Shown here in pieces: positions 49,425 through 58,178 of a stretch of 64,000 nucleotides of DNA (position 1 is the stretch's first letter; each line of letters opens with the position of its first letter). Position numbers and translations under genes: made by a program. The notes beneath the pieces are model-generated. The model did not search any database and had not been told where the DNA came from. It worked only from the letters and a program-made list of their open reading frames with translations. The stretch comes from Candidatus Bathyarchaeota archaeon (GTDB lineage: Archaea > Thermoproteota > Bathyarchaeia > Bathyarchaeales > Bathycorpusculaceae). The stretch is from positions 416,001 through 480,000 of the forward strand of contig CAWHXY010000004.1 in the NCBI GenBank assembly GCA_963833575.1. The letters are read 5' to 3'.

Positions 49425-49553
49425 ATGTTATCTCGTGATTGTGACGGATGCGAAAAACAACTCTCTGAATGCAAACGCCGTTTTGCTAATGTTTGTGTAG
49501 GCGAAAAAGTTTATTGTCCAGATGGCACAGCACATCTAGTCGATAGCAAATAG
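49425..49553 (+). CDS. Small Cys/His-rich (zinc-finger-like) 42-aa protein
   Basis: AGGT SD; MLSRDCDGCEKQLSECKRRFANVCVGEKVYCPDGTAHLVDSK*. Confidence 0.6.
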   Translation: MLSRDCDGCEKQLSECKRRFANVCVGEKVYCPDGTAHLVDSK

Positions 49554-49785
49554 CCAAAGTCGAAGAGTAAGGCAGTTTTCTTTGAAGGCTTTTCTTTATT
49601 TCTTACACATTTCTCAAGACTTTTTTGGAAATAGTTATTGGGTTTTGATTTGAGACAAATTGAAGCTGTAAAGTTTGCATAGCTAAATTTTGCTAACTTA
49701 CAAACCACGCTTTTAGTGAAAGTTAAATATCACAGTGGAGATGCACACTTGTCTAATCGAAGCCAAAGAACAGGAAGGCTGAATA

Positions 49786-50262
49786 GTGAAGCTACCCAAA
49801 GATCCAAGCAAGTTTAGTTTTGGAGCCACTTCCTCAACCGTTACCAGCCTAGGAATAATCTTTGGATTATTGACCTCGGGTAATCCTAAAGCCAGCGTAA
49901 TAGGGGCTTTACTTGTAATAGCGGTTGCAGACAATATTGCAGATTCGCTTGGAATTCACATCTATAGAGAATCAACAGCCACAAAACAAGAAAATACACG
50001 AATGTTTACTATCAGTAACTTCACAACCCGCTTCGGCATCACATTGACGTTTGTTGCTCTATTTGCATTTTTGCCGATATTCTACGCTGCTGTTTCCTGC
50101 ACGGTGATAGGATTCGGAATACTGGTTTTTCTAAGCTACCTAATCGGCGTTCAGCGCAAGACAAATACGTTAAGAGAGATTTTCATCCATGTTGGGATTG
50201 CTATTCCCGTAATAATTATCAGTCATTTTCTTGGTCAACTAATCTTCAGCATTTTTGGATAA
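49786..50262 (+). CDS. VIT1/CCC1-like membrane protein
   Basis: FSFG..., AVADNIADSLGIHIYRES motif; 5 TM helices. Confidence 0.75.
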   Translation: MKLPKDPSKFSFGATSSTVTSLGIIFGLLTSGNPKASVIGALLVIAVADNIADSLGIHIYRESTATKQENTRMFTISNFTTRFGITLTFVALFAFLPIFYAAVSCTVIGFGILVFLSYLIGVQRKTNTLREIFIHVGIAIPVIIISHFLGQLIFSIFG

Positions 50263-50337
50263 AACGCTGATAACTATTCTTTTTCCTTCGTGGATTAGAG
50301 TAGCTCTTGTTAGAGTTTACATTTCTAATGAATAAGA

Positions 50338-50493
50338 CATCAAAAACACACTCTTGTTTGTCCAATTGGAAGAGACATATTCCAAGGCGAAACCAACTAC
50401 ATATTAAAAGTTGCTAAACTTAGAAAAGACATCAGCGGTCTGATAAAATCAGGATTTGAGTTTGTCACCGAGATTGAAGGCGCTAAGATCTTT
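50338..50493 (+). pseudogene. C-terminal remnant of a tyrosine integrase
   Basis: IKNTLLFVQLEET, frameshift, then IFQGETNYILKVAK...LIKSGFEFVTEIEGAKIFRK, resembling C-termini of archaeal tRNA-targeting integrases; next to an att copy. Confidence 0.55.
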
Positions 50494-50564
50494 AGAAAAC
50501 TTACTTTAACAAATGAAAATCAAAGCATCCCAGTATACACTCCCTATGTTTTGTTCATAAAAAA

Positions 50565-50584
50565 TGCAGGGGTGGGATTCGAAC
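50565..50584 (-). repeat. att-like copy of the tRNA-Leu 3' end
   Basis: tgcaggggtgggattcgaac versus tgcagggggtgggattcgaac at 51983-52003 (one G fewer). Confidence 0.8.
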
Positions 50585-50638
50585 TCTCAGTAGGGCGGCA
50601 GAGCTTCTGATCCAAGCTTAATTTGAGAGATGAGAATG

Positions 50639-51748
50639 CTATAGTTTTTTAAAGTCTTCCAACGCCTTCTTGAGGTCCATTGCTGCGTTGAAAGATAGAT
50701 CATCGCTATCATATTCAATTCTTTTTAGACCCTTAAGATTTGGAGGCAGATCTATTTTTCTCTCAACCAACAAAATAACTTGCTTACTATATTTCAGATA
50801 AGCTGCGTTGATTTCAGAGGTGATATTTGAATTGAGGATGTAAAGTCCGCTGTATCTTCTCTCCTGTTCAGCGGCTGCGATATTTATTATTGCGCAATCA
50901 CAGTCTTTCATCAATCCAAATTTATTGTTAGGAATTGGCACGGAAGTTTCTTCTTTGTCTCCTATTACAGAGTCATAATGAAGAAAATCTAACATTTTCT
51001 TTACTTGTTCAGAGACCTTGGTGTTGCTATTAGATATAAAGATCCGAGGTTTCAGGTCTTCTATTTGGGGCTCACTCGGGTTTCTTTCATCAAAAGTTGC
51101 TGTTTTTGTCATTCGATCATCTGTTATATGTTCAGGTGGCACGTCAAAGGTAACCTTTGAATGGGCAAGGTTCTTAATCCTATCAGCATAGCGCTTATTC
51201 AATAGTTCATTTATGCGCAGTAGCTCAAGTTCAATTTCATTATCCATAGCTGTTATTTTTCCCTCAAGGGCATCGTTATCAAAATCGAATCCTACAATTG
51301 TGCCCTTTTGTGCTCTTCCCTTTATTAACAGTCTAACAAAGGCTTCAACCTCGGCCAAGCTGACAGGACCGGATTGTTTGATCAAGAGGGGTTGGCCTCC
51401 TTCAGTAAACCCGTTTACTCCCGAAGATGAGTCGGCTAGTTTACCATTGAATTTTTTAATTACCCACGCTTCGAAGTCGCGAGATGATATCATACTGAGA
51501 CGCTTTTGATTCATCCGCTTCCTTAAAAGAAATACAAAGGTAACTCCAACAACTACAGCTACAACCGCTATGATTCCACCAATAAGTAATAAGACTGTTG
51601 CACTTCCAAGCGTTGCTGCTTTTGTTGGGGTTGGCAGTAATGTAGAGGTTGTCGGTGTTGATGTTTGACAATAAGACAGCTGTGAAAATAGTACAACTGA
51701 AAAAAGAAAACACATTGCGAAAATGGTTACTATCGTTTTTTTGTTCAT
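50639..51748 (-). CDS. Membrane protein: signal peptide, TM helix, degenerate Mrr-like nuclease domain and C-terminal TIR-like domain
   Basis: Two hydrophobic segments; FEAWV...GVNG...IKQS; RIFIS...NITSEINAA...VILL...LPPNLKGL. Confidence 0.7.
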   Translation of the reverse strand: MNKKTIVTIFAMCFLFSVVLFSQLSYCQTSTPTTSTLLPTPTKAATLGSATVLLLIGGIIAVVAVVVGVTFVFLLRKRMNQKRLSMISSRDFEAWVIKKFNGKLADSSSGVNGFTEGGQPLLIKQSGPVSLAEVEAFVRLLIKGRAQKGTIVGFDFDNDALEGKITAMDNEIELELLRINELLNKRYADRIKNLAHSKVTFDVPPEHITDDRMTKTATFDERNPSEPQIEDLKPRIFISNSNTKVSEQVKKMLDFLHYDSVIGDKEETSVPIPNNKFGLMKDCDCAIINIAAAEQERRYSGLYILNSNITSEINAAYLKYSKQVILLVERKIDLPPNLKGLKRIEYDSDDLSFNAAMDLKKALEDFKKL

Positions 51749-51979
51749 GATGTTACATGCTCTTAAGTGGATAATGTTTTACTCCCGACCATAGATAAAT
51801 GCCTATAGCGAATGGAAAGGTATTGGGCATATCGCCTTAAAAAACTATTGAAAAGAAATTTGTGTCTCAATTCAGCTGTTAACATTCGCCATCAAATTCT
51901 TGTTACAGAAATAACGAGAGAGAATAAGGACCCGTCTGTTTTCTGCGGAAATAAGCCCGTTTACAGTTTTGCTCAAATA

Positions 51980-52067
51980 TGGTGCAGGGGGTGGGATTCG
52001 AACCCACGAACGCCTACGCGATAGGGTCCTAAGCCCTACTCCGTTGACCTGGCTTGGAGACCCCTGC
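51980..52067 (-). tRNA. tRNA-Leu(TAG)
   Basis: Cloverleaf GCAGGGG...TAGGG-CT-TAG-GA-CCCTA, long variable arm, GGTTCGAATCC, encoded CCA. Confidence 0.95.
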
Positions 52068-52228
52068 AGAACCTTTGGCTTTGAGAATACTTAGCATCCT
52101 TTAATATTTATTTACCCCTCAAGCTTTCATCGTTTCAGCTGTATTTTGCAACAAACATGTCCAGAAAATTTTGGTTAACCGTAAGCTCTTTATTTAATAG
52201 CGCAGTTGTTTCAAAGAGAAAATAGTTT

Positions 52229-52305
52229 GCCTTCGTAGCCTAGCCCGGTGGGGCGTTACCTTGGTAAGGTAATGGTCGCGGGTCCAAATCCCGCCGAAGG
52301 CTCCA
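52229..52305 (+). tRNA. tRNA-Thr(GGT)
   Basis: GCCTTCG/CGAAGGC acceptor stem, TTACC-TT-GGT-AA-GGTAA anticodon arm, encoded CCA; T-loop reads TCCAAAT. Confidence 0.92.
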
Positions 52306-52524
52306 CATTTGCCCCTGATTCATTGAATGGTCTTGATTTGCGCTTTTCCCGTTGCTGCAGAATTCCGCAATGCCGCTGCAATTTTCCGTAACGCCCGCAA
52401 GCAGAGAAAGTTCTGTGCGGATTTTTTCGGCTTTGACTTTCAAGCGGCAGCGCAATGAACGTTGATAGTTCGAGTTAAAATTGGACGGATCTCGAAGAAA
52501 TTCTTGTTCCGTTTTGCTGAGCAT
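52240..52524 (-). CDS. Possible N-terminal fragment of an SSV-type (tRNA-split) integrase
   Basis: ORF runs antisense through the att/tRNA-Thr sequence (WSLRRDLDPRPLPYQG). Confidence 0.45.
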   Translation of the reverse strand: MLSKTEQEFLRDPSNFNSNYQRSLRCRLKVKAEKIRTELSLLAGVTENCSGIAEFCSNGKSANQDHSMNQGQMWSLRRDLDPRPLPYQGNAPPG

Positions 52525-53296
52525 AAAAAAAATATGCCTTGAGCGATATTTAATCGCTCCTAAAGGTTTTCTTGCGGTAGTGGATATTTCAGGAAGCTTA
52601 AGAGCGTCAAAACACTAAGGCAAAATTGTTGAGCACTCTGAACCCGCGAATTGTTTTGAGTCCTAACGATCTTGCGATAGTCTTAAGGAATGCCGACCCA
52701 TTTTTGATATACGGCTCCATGAAAGCTACTTGACCGGCATAGAGAATAAGATTTCTATTTTATTATTTTGTTTTTTATATGTTCTGATGATAAGATAAAT
52801 CCTGATGAGCCTTCCTCTATGGGGGGTAAAATTTTGGAAGGCCTTGGTAACCAGATTAGCCGGTATCATAGTACAATTCTATGTAACCGCACTCTTGACA
52901 CGTGTATGTCCTGGCTGGAATGAACCTATTTGTTTTGACACTATATCCTCTGATTCCTTTGGAAGCTGTAACTATTGCTGATAAATCTTTAGACTTTTTC
53001 ATTGAACCACTGCATTTAGGGCAAGTTTTCAAGGTCGACATAGACAATTATTTTGGAGTAGATTGTATTAAACGCTTTCACAAAACGGAGAGATCTATCG
53101 CTAGGGGTTCTGATGATATGCTTTTGACCCATGATCTTTTTCCACTATTCCCAGATTTTGGAAGACCTTGAACTTTTTTGATAAACTCGAGCCCTATACT
53201 ATTTATTAATATTGGATTCAGGTCATCTTTAATAAAGTGAATCTTAGAAGCTTGTTTTGAGTAAATGGTTGCTGGTCCAAATCCCGCCGAAGGCTC
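52281..53296. mobile_element. About 1-kb relic island at tRNA-Thr bounded by a 23-bp direct repeat
   Basis: ggtccaaatcccgccgaaggctc at 52281-52303 and 53274-53296. Confidence 0.75.
52856..53047 (-). CDS. Small zinc-ribbon protein
   Basis: CPKCSGSM...YTCQECGYIELY. Confidence 0.75.
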   Translation of the reverse strand: MSMSTLKTCPKCSGSMKKSKDLSAIVTASKGIRGYSVKTNRFIPARTYTCQECGYIELYYDTG

Positions 53297-53392
53297 TAAA
53301 TATCGAAACCGACTTGATTTGCATTAAAGGCTTATTTGGAAAAACGTTCTTATCCCATCAATGCAAGTAGTTGGACAAGAGAGAGGGGACAT

Positions 53393-54631
53393 GTGGTTAA
53401 CTTCTCGTTTGCTAAGCGCGAGATCGGTATTTTAGCCATTGTGCTTTTTGTTTCCTTTTTGATCAGGGTTCTTTTGTTTCCACAAAAAGGGTACCCGATT
53501 GACACGGGAGATTTTTCTTATTGGTTTAACGCTGCTGCTACGCATGGAATAAGAACATTTTATAGTGGTGGGGTTTTTGCTGATTATCCACCTTTTAATG
53601 TTTACATTTTCTGGGTATTCGGCTCTCTGGCAAAGGCGGCATCGATTAACATTTTGACTATGATAAAGTTGGTTCCTAACCTCTTCGATTTAGCCACCGC
53701 AGTATTGATTTACTTTTTTGTCAGAAAGCAATCCACTTTCAAACTTGCTCTCGTAGCAACTGCTCTTTACACTTTTAACCCAGCCGTAATCTTTAACGCG
53801 GCAGTATGGGGTCAATTTGACGCGCTTTACACTTTCTTTCTTGTTCTCTCGCTTGTGCTTGCGCTTAAATCTAAGCCTGAACTTTCCGCCGTTGCATTGG
53901 CAATTGGACTTCTTACCAAGCCACAAGGAATTGCTCTGTTGCCGCTTATTGCGTTTTTGATCTATAAGAAAGGCGGTTTGAAAAAGCTGTTATATTCTGT
54001 GGTTGTTTTTACCGCAACGGTTTTCTTGGTTATTCTTCCGTTTGAATGGAGCAATCCAGTGACTTTTTTGACCAATATTTACTTTGGAGCTTATGGAGGG
54101 TACGCGTACACTTCGATTAACGCCTTTAACCTATGGGGTTTGTATGGGTTATGGGTACCTGATGGAATCCTCAACATTGTGGGATGGGCGTTATTTGGTG
54201 CCTTTACAACTTTCGTATTGTTCTTTTTGCACAAGCGTTTTAAGGTTTCAGGCGATTCGCTCGCTGTTTTCTCTGCATTCATGCTTCTCTTTGCATTTTT
54301 TATGCTTCCAACAAGAATCCATGAGCGGTACCTGTTTCCAGCCATAAGTATGTTGGCACTGATGTTTCCGTTAATCAAAAAGGTACGCCCACTTTATCTA
54401 GCTTTAACAGCGACCTTGTTTGTCAATGAAGCATACGTTTTGTATTGGCTTAATGCTTCTTACCCTAATGCAGCTCCCAATTTGACTGGAGACCCAGTTG
54501 TTTTGGTGGTAAGCGCTATTAATTTATTGATGCTCGTATATGCTTCAATAATAATGTTGAACAAACGCACTTGGCTCAAAGGCGAACCTGCAGCACCAAA
54601 TCAAACATTGGCTAGGAAGGAGCCAGCATGA
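53393..54631 (+). CDS. GT-C polyprenyl-phosphate-sugar glycosyltransferase
   Basis: DYPP, WGQFD, KPQG, HERY motifs, multi-TM; probable GTG start at 53393. Confidence 0.85.
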   Translation: MVNFSFAKREIGILAIVLFVSFLIRVLLFPQKGYPIDTGDFSYWFNAAATHGIRTFYSGGVFADYPPFNVYIFWVFGSLAKAASINILTMIKLVPNLFDLATAVLIYFFVRKQSTFKLALVATALYTFNPAVIFNAAVWGQFDALYTFFLVLSLVLALKSKPELSAVALAIGLLTKPQGIALLPLIAFLIYKKGGLKKLLYSVVVFTATVFLVILPFEWSNPVTFLTNIYFGAYGGYAYTSINAFNLWGLYGLWVPDGILNIVGWALFGAFTTFVLFFLHKRFKVSGDSLAVFSAFMLLFAFFMLPTRIHERYLFPAISMLALMFPLIKKVRPLYLALTATLFVNEAYVLYWLNASYPNAAPNLTGDPVVLVVSAINLLMLVYASIIMLNKRTWLKGEPAAPNQTLARKEPA

Positions 54632-56388
54632 ACCTGAATCTTGACTTAAAAATTACCAAGAAAGATCTTGTAACCATAATTTTACTTTCAGTAGTTTTCT
54701 TCTCAATAGCTGTGGTGAATCTTGGCTTAACCCAATCGCCAACAACAACAGCTCAACTTACAGCGGGACAAGCCTTCTACCTTGATCTGGGCAGTTCAAC
54801 CAACGTTAAGTCGATGGTTTTGCTGCTGAAACAGGGCGCGATGAACGTTACAATATCAACGGGATCCCCAGGCAACTGGCAGAATAACTCAATCAACAGT
54901 CTTTGGCCTTCTGCTACATCTGAGGATTATTACAAGTGGCATGAAGTAACTATTGGAGAAACCACTCAGTATTTAGAAGTTAACTTTAGCCAGGCAGGAA
55001 GCTTCCCCACAATAATCGCTGAGATAGCAATTATAGATCAAAATAATCAGCAAGTGACGATTAAATCGTTAAATGATGAGGGCAGCGGAAACCCAAACCT
55101 GCATAACCTTATAGACGAGCAAGGCATGGTTCAATATCCTTCAGATTACATGCAGAACACCTATTTTGATGAAATCTATTTTGTTAGAACAGCAGAGCAA
55201 TACTTGCATTCGCAGTTACCATACGAATGGACTCACCCACCGCTTGGAAAACTGATTCAAGCCTCAAGTCTCTTAATTTTCGGTTTTAACCCGTTTGGAT
55301 GGAGAATAATGGGCGTCATCTTTGCCACATTGATGATTCCGCTTATTTACTTATTTGGCAAAAAAATGTTTGGCACATGGATAGGGGGTTTTTCGGCTGC
55401 ATTTCTGCTTACATTTGATTTCATGCATTTCACCATGGCGCGAATGGGTACTGCGGATACCTACATAGTCTTCTTTTCTTTAGCTTCACAACTGTTCTTT
55501 TTCATCTACGTCAAAAATGTTTTAGATAAAGGCTGGAAAACCAGCATTATACCATTGTTCTTTGCATTTTTCTTTTTTGCTTTAGGTTTTTCAAGCAAGT
55601 GGCTTGTTCTCTACGGATTTGTAGGGGAATTGTTGCTCCTAGTTGTTCTGAGGCTTAACGAAGTTAGAAAGCTCAAAAGCAATTTAACCTCGAAAATTTA
55701 TGCATTCCTTGATCACCCATACTCTGTAATTGTTGCTTTCGTTTTAATGGCAATAGGGATTTACTTTTTAACTTACATTCCTGACATGCTTGCAGGCAGG
55801 TCATTCTTTGACGTAATAAACTTGCAGGGTCAAATGTACATTTACCACACAACTTTGACTGCAACTCATCCCTTCTCTTCGCCATGGTACAGCTGGCCTT
55901 TCATGTTTGATCCCATAAATAATGCAGTGCATGTTCCAGTTTGGCTTCAGTCAGCATCTCTCTCAAATGGACTCACCTCAACCATTGTCGTCATGGGCAA
56001 CCCAGCAGTTTGGTGGATCGGCTTTGCCGCAATAATTGGGTTAACAGTTTATTATTTACCTAAAGTTTTCAGGAAGAATTTTAGTTTGAAACAGTACTTG
56101 CCAGCAATATTTTTAATAATCGTATTCTTTTTCCAGTGGATACCATACGTGCTGTTAACTAGAGTGATCTTCATCTACCATTTCTACTCGAATGTGCCAA
56201 TTCTCTGTTTAGCGTCAGCGTTTGTAATAAGCAAATATTGGGGCAACAAATGGATGAAAATCTCAGCAATAGTCTACTTTGTATTGACAATTGCTTTTTT
56301 CATTCTGTTCTATTCAGTTATTTCAGGCGTACCCACAACAACCGCAACTATTGATAGTTTGAAATGGTTCGGAAGCTGGGTGTTCTAA
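54628..56388 (+). CDS. Protein O-mannosyltransferase (PMT family)
   Basis: YFDEIYF, HPPLGK, HPFSSPWYSWP, GNPAVWW, FIYHF. Confidence 0.9.
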   Translation: MNLNLDLKITKKDLVTIILLSVVFFSIAVVNLGLTQSPTTTAQLTAGQAFYLDLGSSTNVKSMVLLLKQGAMNVTISTGSPGNWQNNSINSLWPSATSEDYYKWHEVTIGETTQYLEVNFSQAGSFPTIIAEIAIIDQNNQQVTIKSLNDEGSGNPNLHNLIDEQGMVQYPSDYMQNTYFDEIYFVRTAEQYLHSQLPYEWTHPPLGKLIQASSLLIFGFNPFGWRIMGVIFATLMIPLIYLFGKKMFGTWIGGFSAAFLLTFDFMHFTMARMGTADTYIVFFSLASQLFFFIYVKNVLDKGWKTSIIPLFFAFFFFALGFSSKWLVLYGFVGELLLLVVLRLNEVRKLKSNLTSKIYAFLDHPYSVIVAFVLMAIGIYFLTYIPDMLAGRSFFDVINLQGQMYIYHTTLTATHPFSSPWYSWPFMFDPINNAVHVPVWLQSASLSNGLTSTIVVMGNPAVWWIGFAAIIGLTVYYLPKVFRKNFSLKQYLPAIFLIIVFFFQWIPYVLLTRVIFIYHFYSNVPILCLASAFVISKYWGNKWMKISAIVYFVLTIAFFILFYSVISGVPTTTATIDSLKWFGSWVF

Positions 56389-57135
56389 TTGGAGAAGGAA
56401 AATGTCTCTCAAGATAAAATGATAGTTTCAGTTGTTCTCCCAGCGTATAATGAAGTGGAAAAGTTAGAAGGCGCTGTGGCGAAGGTAACCCAAGCCCTGA
56501 AAGAGGATGGATACGCCTATGAAATTATTATTGCCGAAGATGGCAGTACAGACGGCACTGCTGAAAAGGCTGAACAGTTGGCGCAAAAACAAACCTATGT
56601 TAAGCACATTCACCGGGAGAAACGTTTGGGCAGAGGAACCGCACTTAACAATGCATTCAAGCATAGCAGTGGCAAGGTCTTTGTTTATATGGATTTGGAC
56701 TTAGCCACCGACCTCAAGTACCTTAAGCCTCTTGTTGACGCAATAGCTGTTGAAGGCTATGACTTCTCAACAGGTTCAAGAATGTTGCCTGAAAGCAAGG
56801 TTCAACGTTCTCTAAGGAGAAGCATAAGCTCTAAAACTTACAATTTCCTTGTTCGACACATGCTTGGTTCTAAACTTAAAGACCACCAGTGCGGTTTCAA
56901 AGGCTTCAAGAAAGAACCAACTTTGAAATTGCTCGATGAAGTAGAAGCAACACATTGGTTTTGGGACACAGAAATGATGGTTAGAGCTTACCGCCACGGA
57001 TACAAAATAAAAGAGATTGCCGTAGAATGGAATAGCGGTAGAGACACAAAGGTTAGCCTCTTTAAAGATTCATGGAACATGTTTCGGCAAATAATGGGAC
57101 TTTGGTGGAAACTAAAAGTAAAACGTGAAAGCTAA
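56389..57135 (+). CDS. GT2 dolichol-phosphate sugar synthase-like
   Basis: PAYNE, EDGSTDGT, MDLD, DHQCGFK, WFWDTE. Confidence 0.9.
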   Translation: MEKENVSQDKMIVSVVLPAYNEVEKLEGAVAKVTQALKEDGYAYEIIIAEDGSTDGTAEKAEQLAQKQTYVKHIHREKRLGRGTALNNAFKHSSGKVFVYMDLDLATDLKYLKPLVDAIAVEGYDFSTGSRMLPESKVQRSLRRSISSKTYNFLVRHMLGSKLKDHQCGFKGFKKEPTLKLLDEVEATHWFWDTEMMVRAYRHGYKIKEIAVEWNSGRDTKVSLFKDSWNMFRQIMGLWWKLKVKRES

Positions 57136-57632
57136 CGATTACGCCCGACTATCAGAATAAACGCTCTAGTCACCAAGGACAAGCCTGCTATCAGAATTAT
57201 CCCAGCCCAAAATACAAACCATTCGCTCTGCAAGGTCATGTTAACAAGGTAAGTAATTATTAGGTAGCTTGTTCCGAGCCAAAAAACTAGATTTTCAATC
57301 GTTTCTGCTTTTCTTGCAATAGGCGAATGGAGCAAAATTCTGACCGTTAATATAACGATTTCTAAAATGCCTACACCAACGCTGAATTGAAATGCAGCAT
57401 TATAAAGAAGCATGTGAGAAGCCGGACTTAATGGAGCTGGCAAAGATACGCTAGTTCCTGGAACTTGAGCAAGAGTGAGTGTGCTGAAAAAATTGACGAG
57501 GCTGCCCCAAACCCCAGTATCAAGGACGAAAACTAAAGCCAATATGATAAAAATGGCGCCGACATACAAGGCAGTAACCAAGCTTTCCTTTTTCTTATCG
57601 GTAAACGCTTGAGTACCTGACACTTCAGTCAA
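57132..57632 (-). CDS. Membrane protein
   Basis: 4 TM helices; probable TTG start at 57632. Confidence 0.7.
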   Translation of the reverse strand: MTEVSGTQAFTDKKKESLVTALYVGAIFIILALVFVLDTGVWGSLVNFFSTLTLAQVPGTSVSLPAPLSPASHMLLYNAAFQFSVGVGILEIVILTVRILLHSPIARKAETIENLVFWLGTSYLIITYLVNMTLQSEWFVFWAGIILIAGLSLVTRAFILIVGRNR

Positions 57633-57755
57633 GCTATCGTCTCTTCCTATTCGAGTATAAAACGTTGACACTTGGCAAATATATCTTTCTATGTAAGAAA
57701 AAAGTACACATTTTAAATACTCAGAGCTGTAATCCGTAAAGTAGGAGCGAAATTG

Positions 57756-58178
57756 ATGTCTTATTGTCCGAAATGCGGCAATAAAGTTGACGAAACAATG
57801 GCTTTCTGCCCACACTGTGGAGCATCACTAAAAGGAACCTCAACTCCAGGGCAAACACCTCCAACTCAACCTTACCAATATGAAAAAGCCGAAAAAAATG
57901 AGAAAAGAGAGAAACAGGAAAAACGTGCGCAACCTGAAAAAGGCGAAAAACAAGAGAAAAGTGAATACAGCTTTGTAGGCTATCTTATCGGAGGTTTAAT
58001 ACTTATCACTATAGGCATTTTCGCTTTGATAGATTTAACAAATCCTTTGAATTCAAGTCAAGACTTAGCCGCCATGTTGCTGATAATCGGCGTAATCATA
58101 ATAGTTGGCGCCATATACATTGCCATCACAGCGCGAAAACGATTTCCATCTACTCACTCATCGGAGCAGCTTTCCTAA
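57756..58178 (+). CDS. Zinc-ribbon membrane protein
   Basis: YCPKCG...FCPHCG, EK repeats, two C-terminal TM helices. Confidence 0.8.
   Translation: MSYCPKCGNKVDETMAFCPHCGASLKGTSTPGQTPPTQPYQYEKAEKNEKREKQEKRAQPEKGEKQEKSEYSFVGYLIGGLILITIGIFALIDLTNPLNSSQDLAAMLLIIGVIIIVGAIYIAITARKRFPSTHSSEQLS

Noticed and set aside
52802-52846. Hammerhead-like core CTGATGA followed by a 7-bp stem (gccttcc/ggaaggc)
   Set aside because: The required GAAA after stem II is absent (cttgg follows); more likely a simple hairpin near a gene end.
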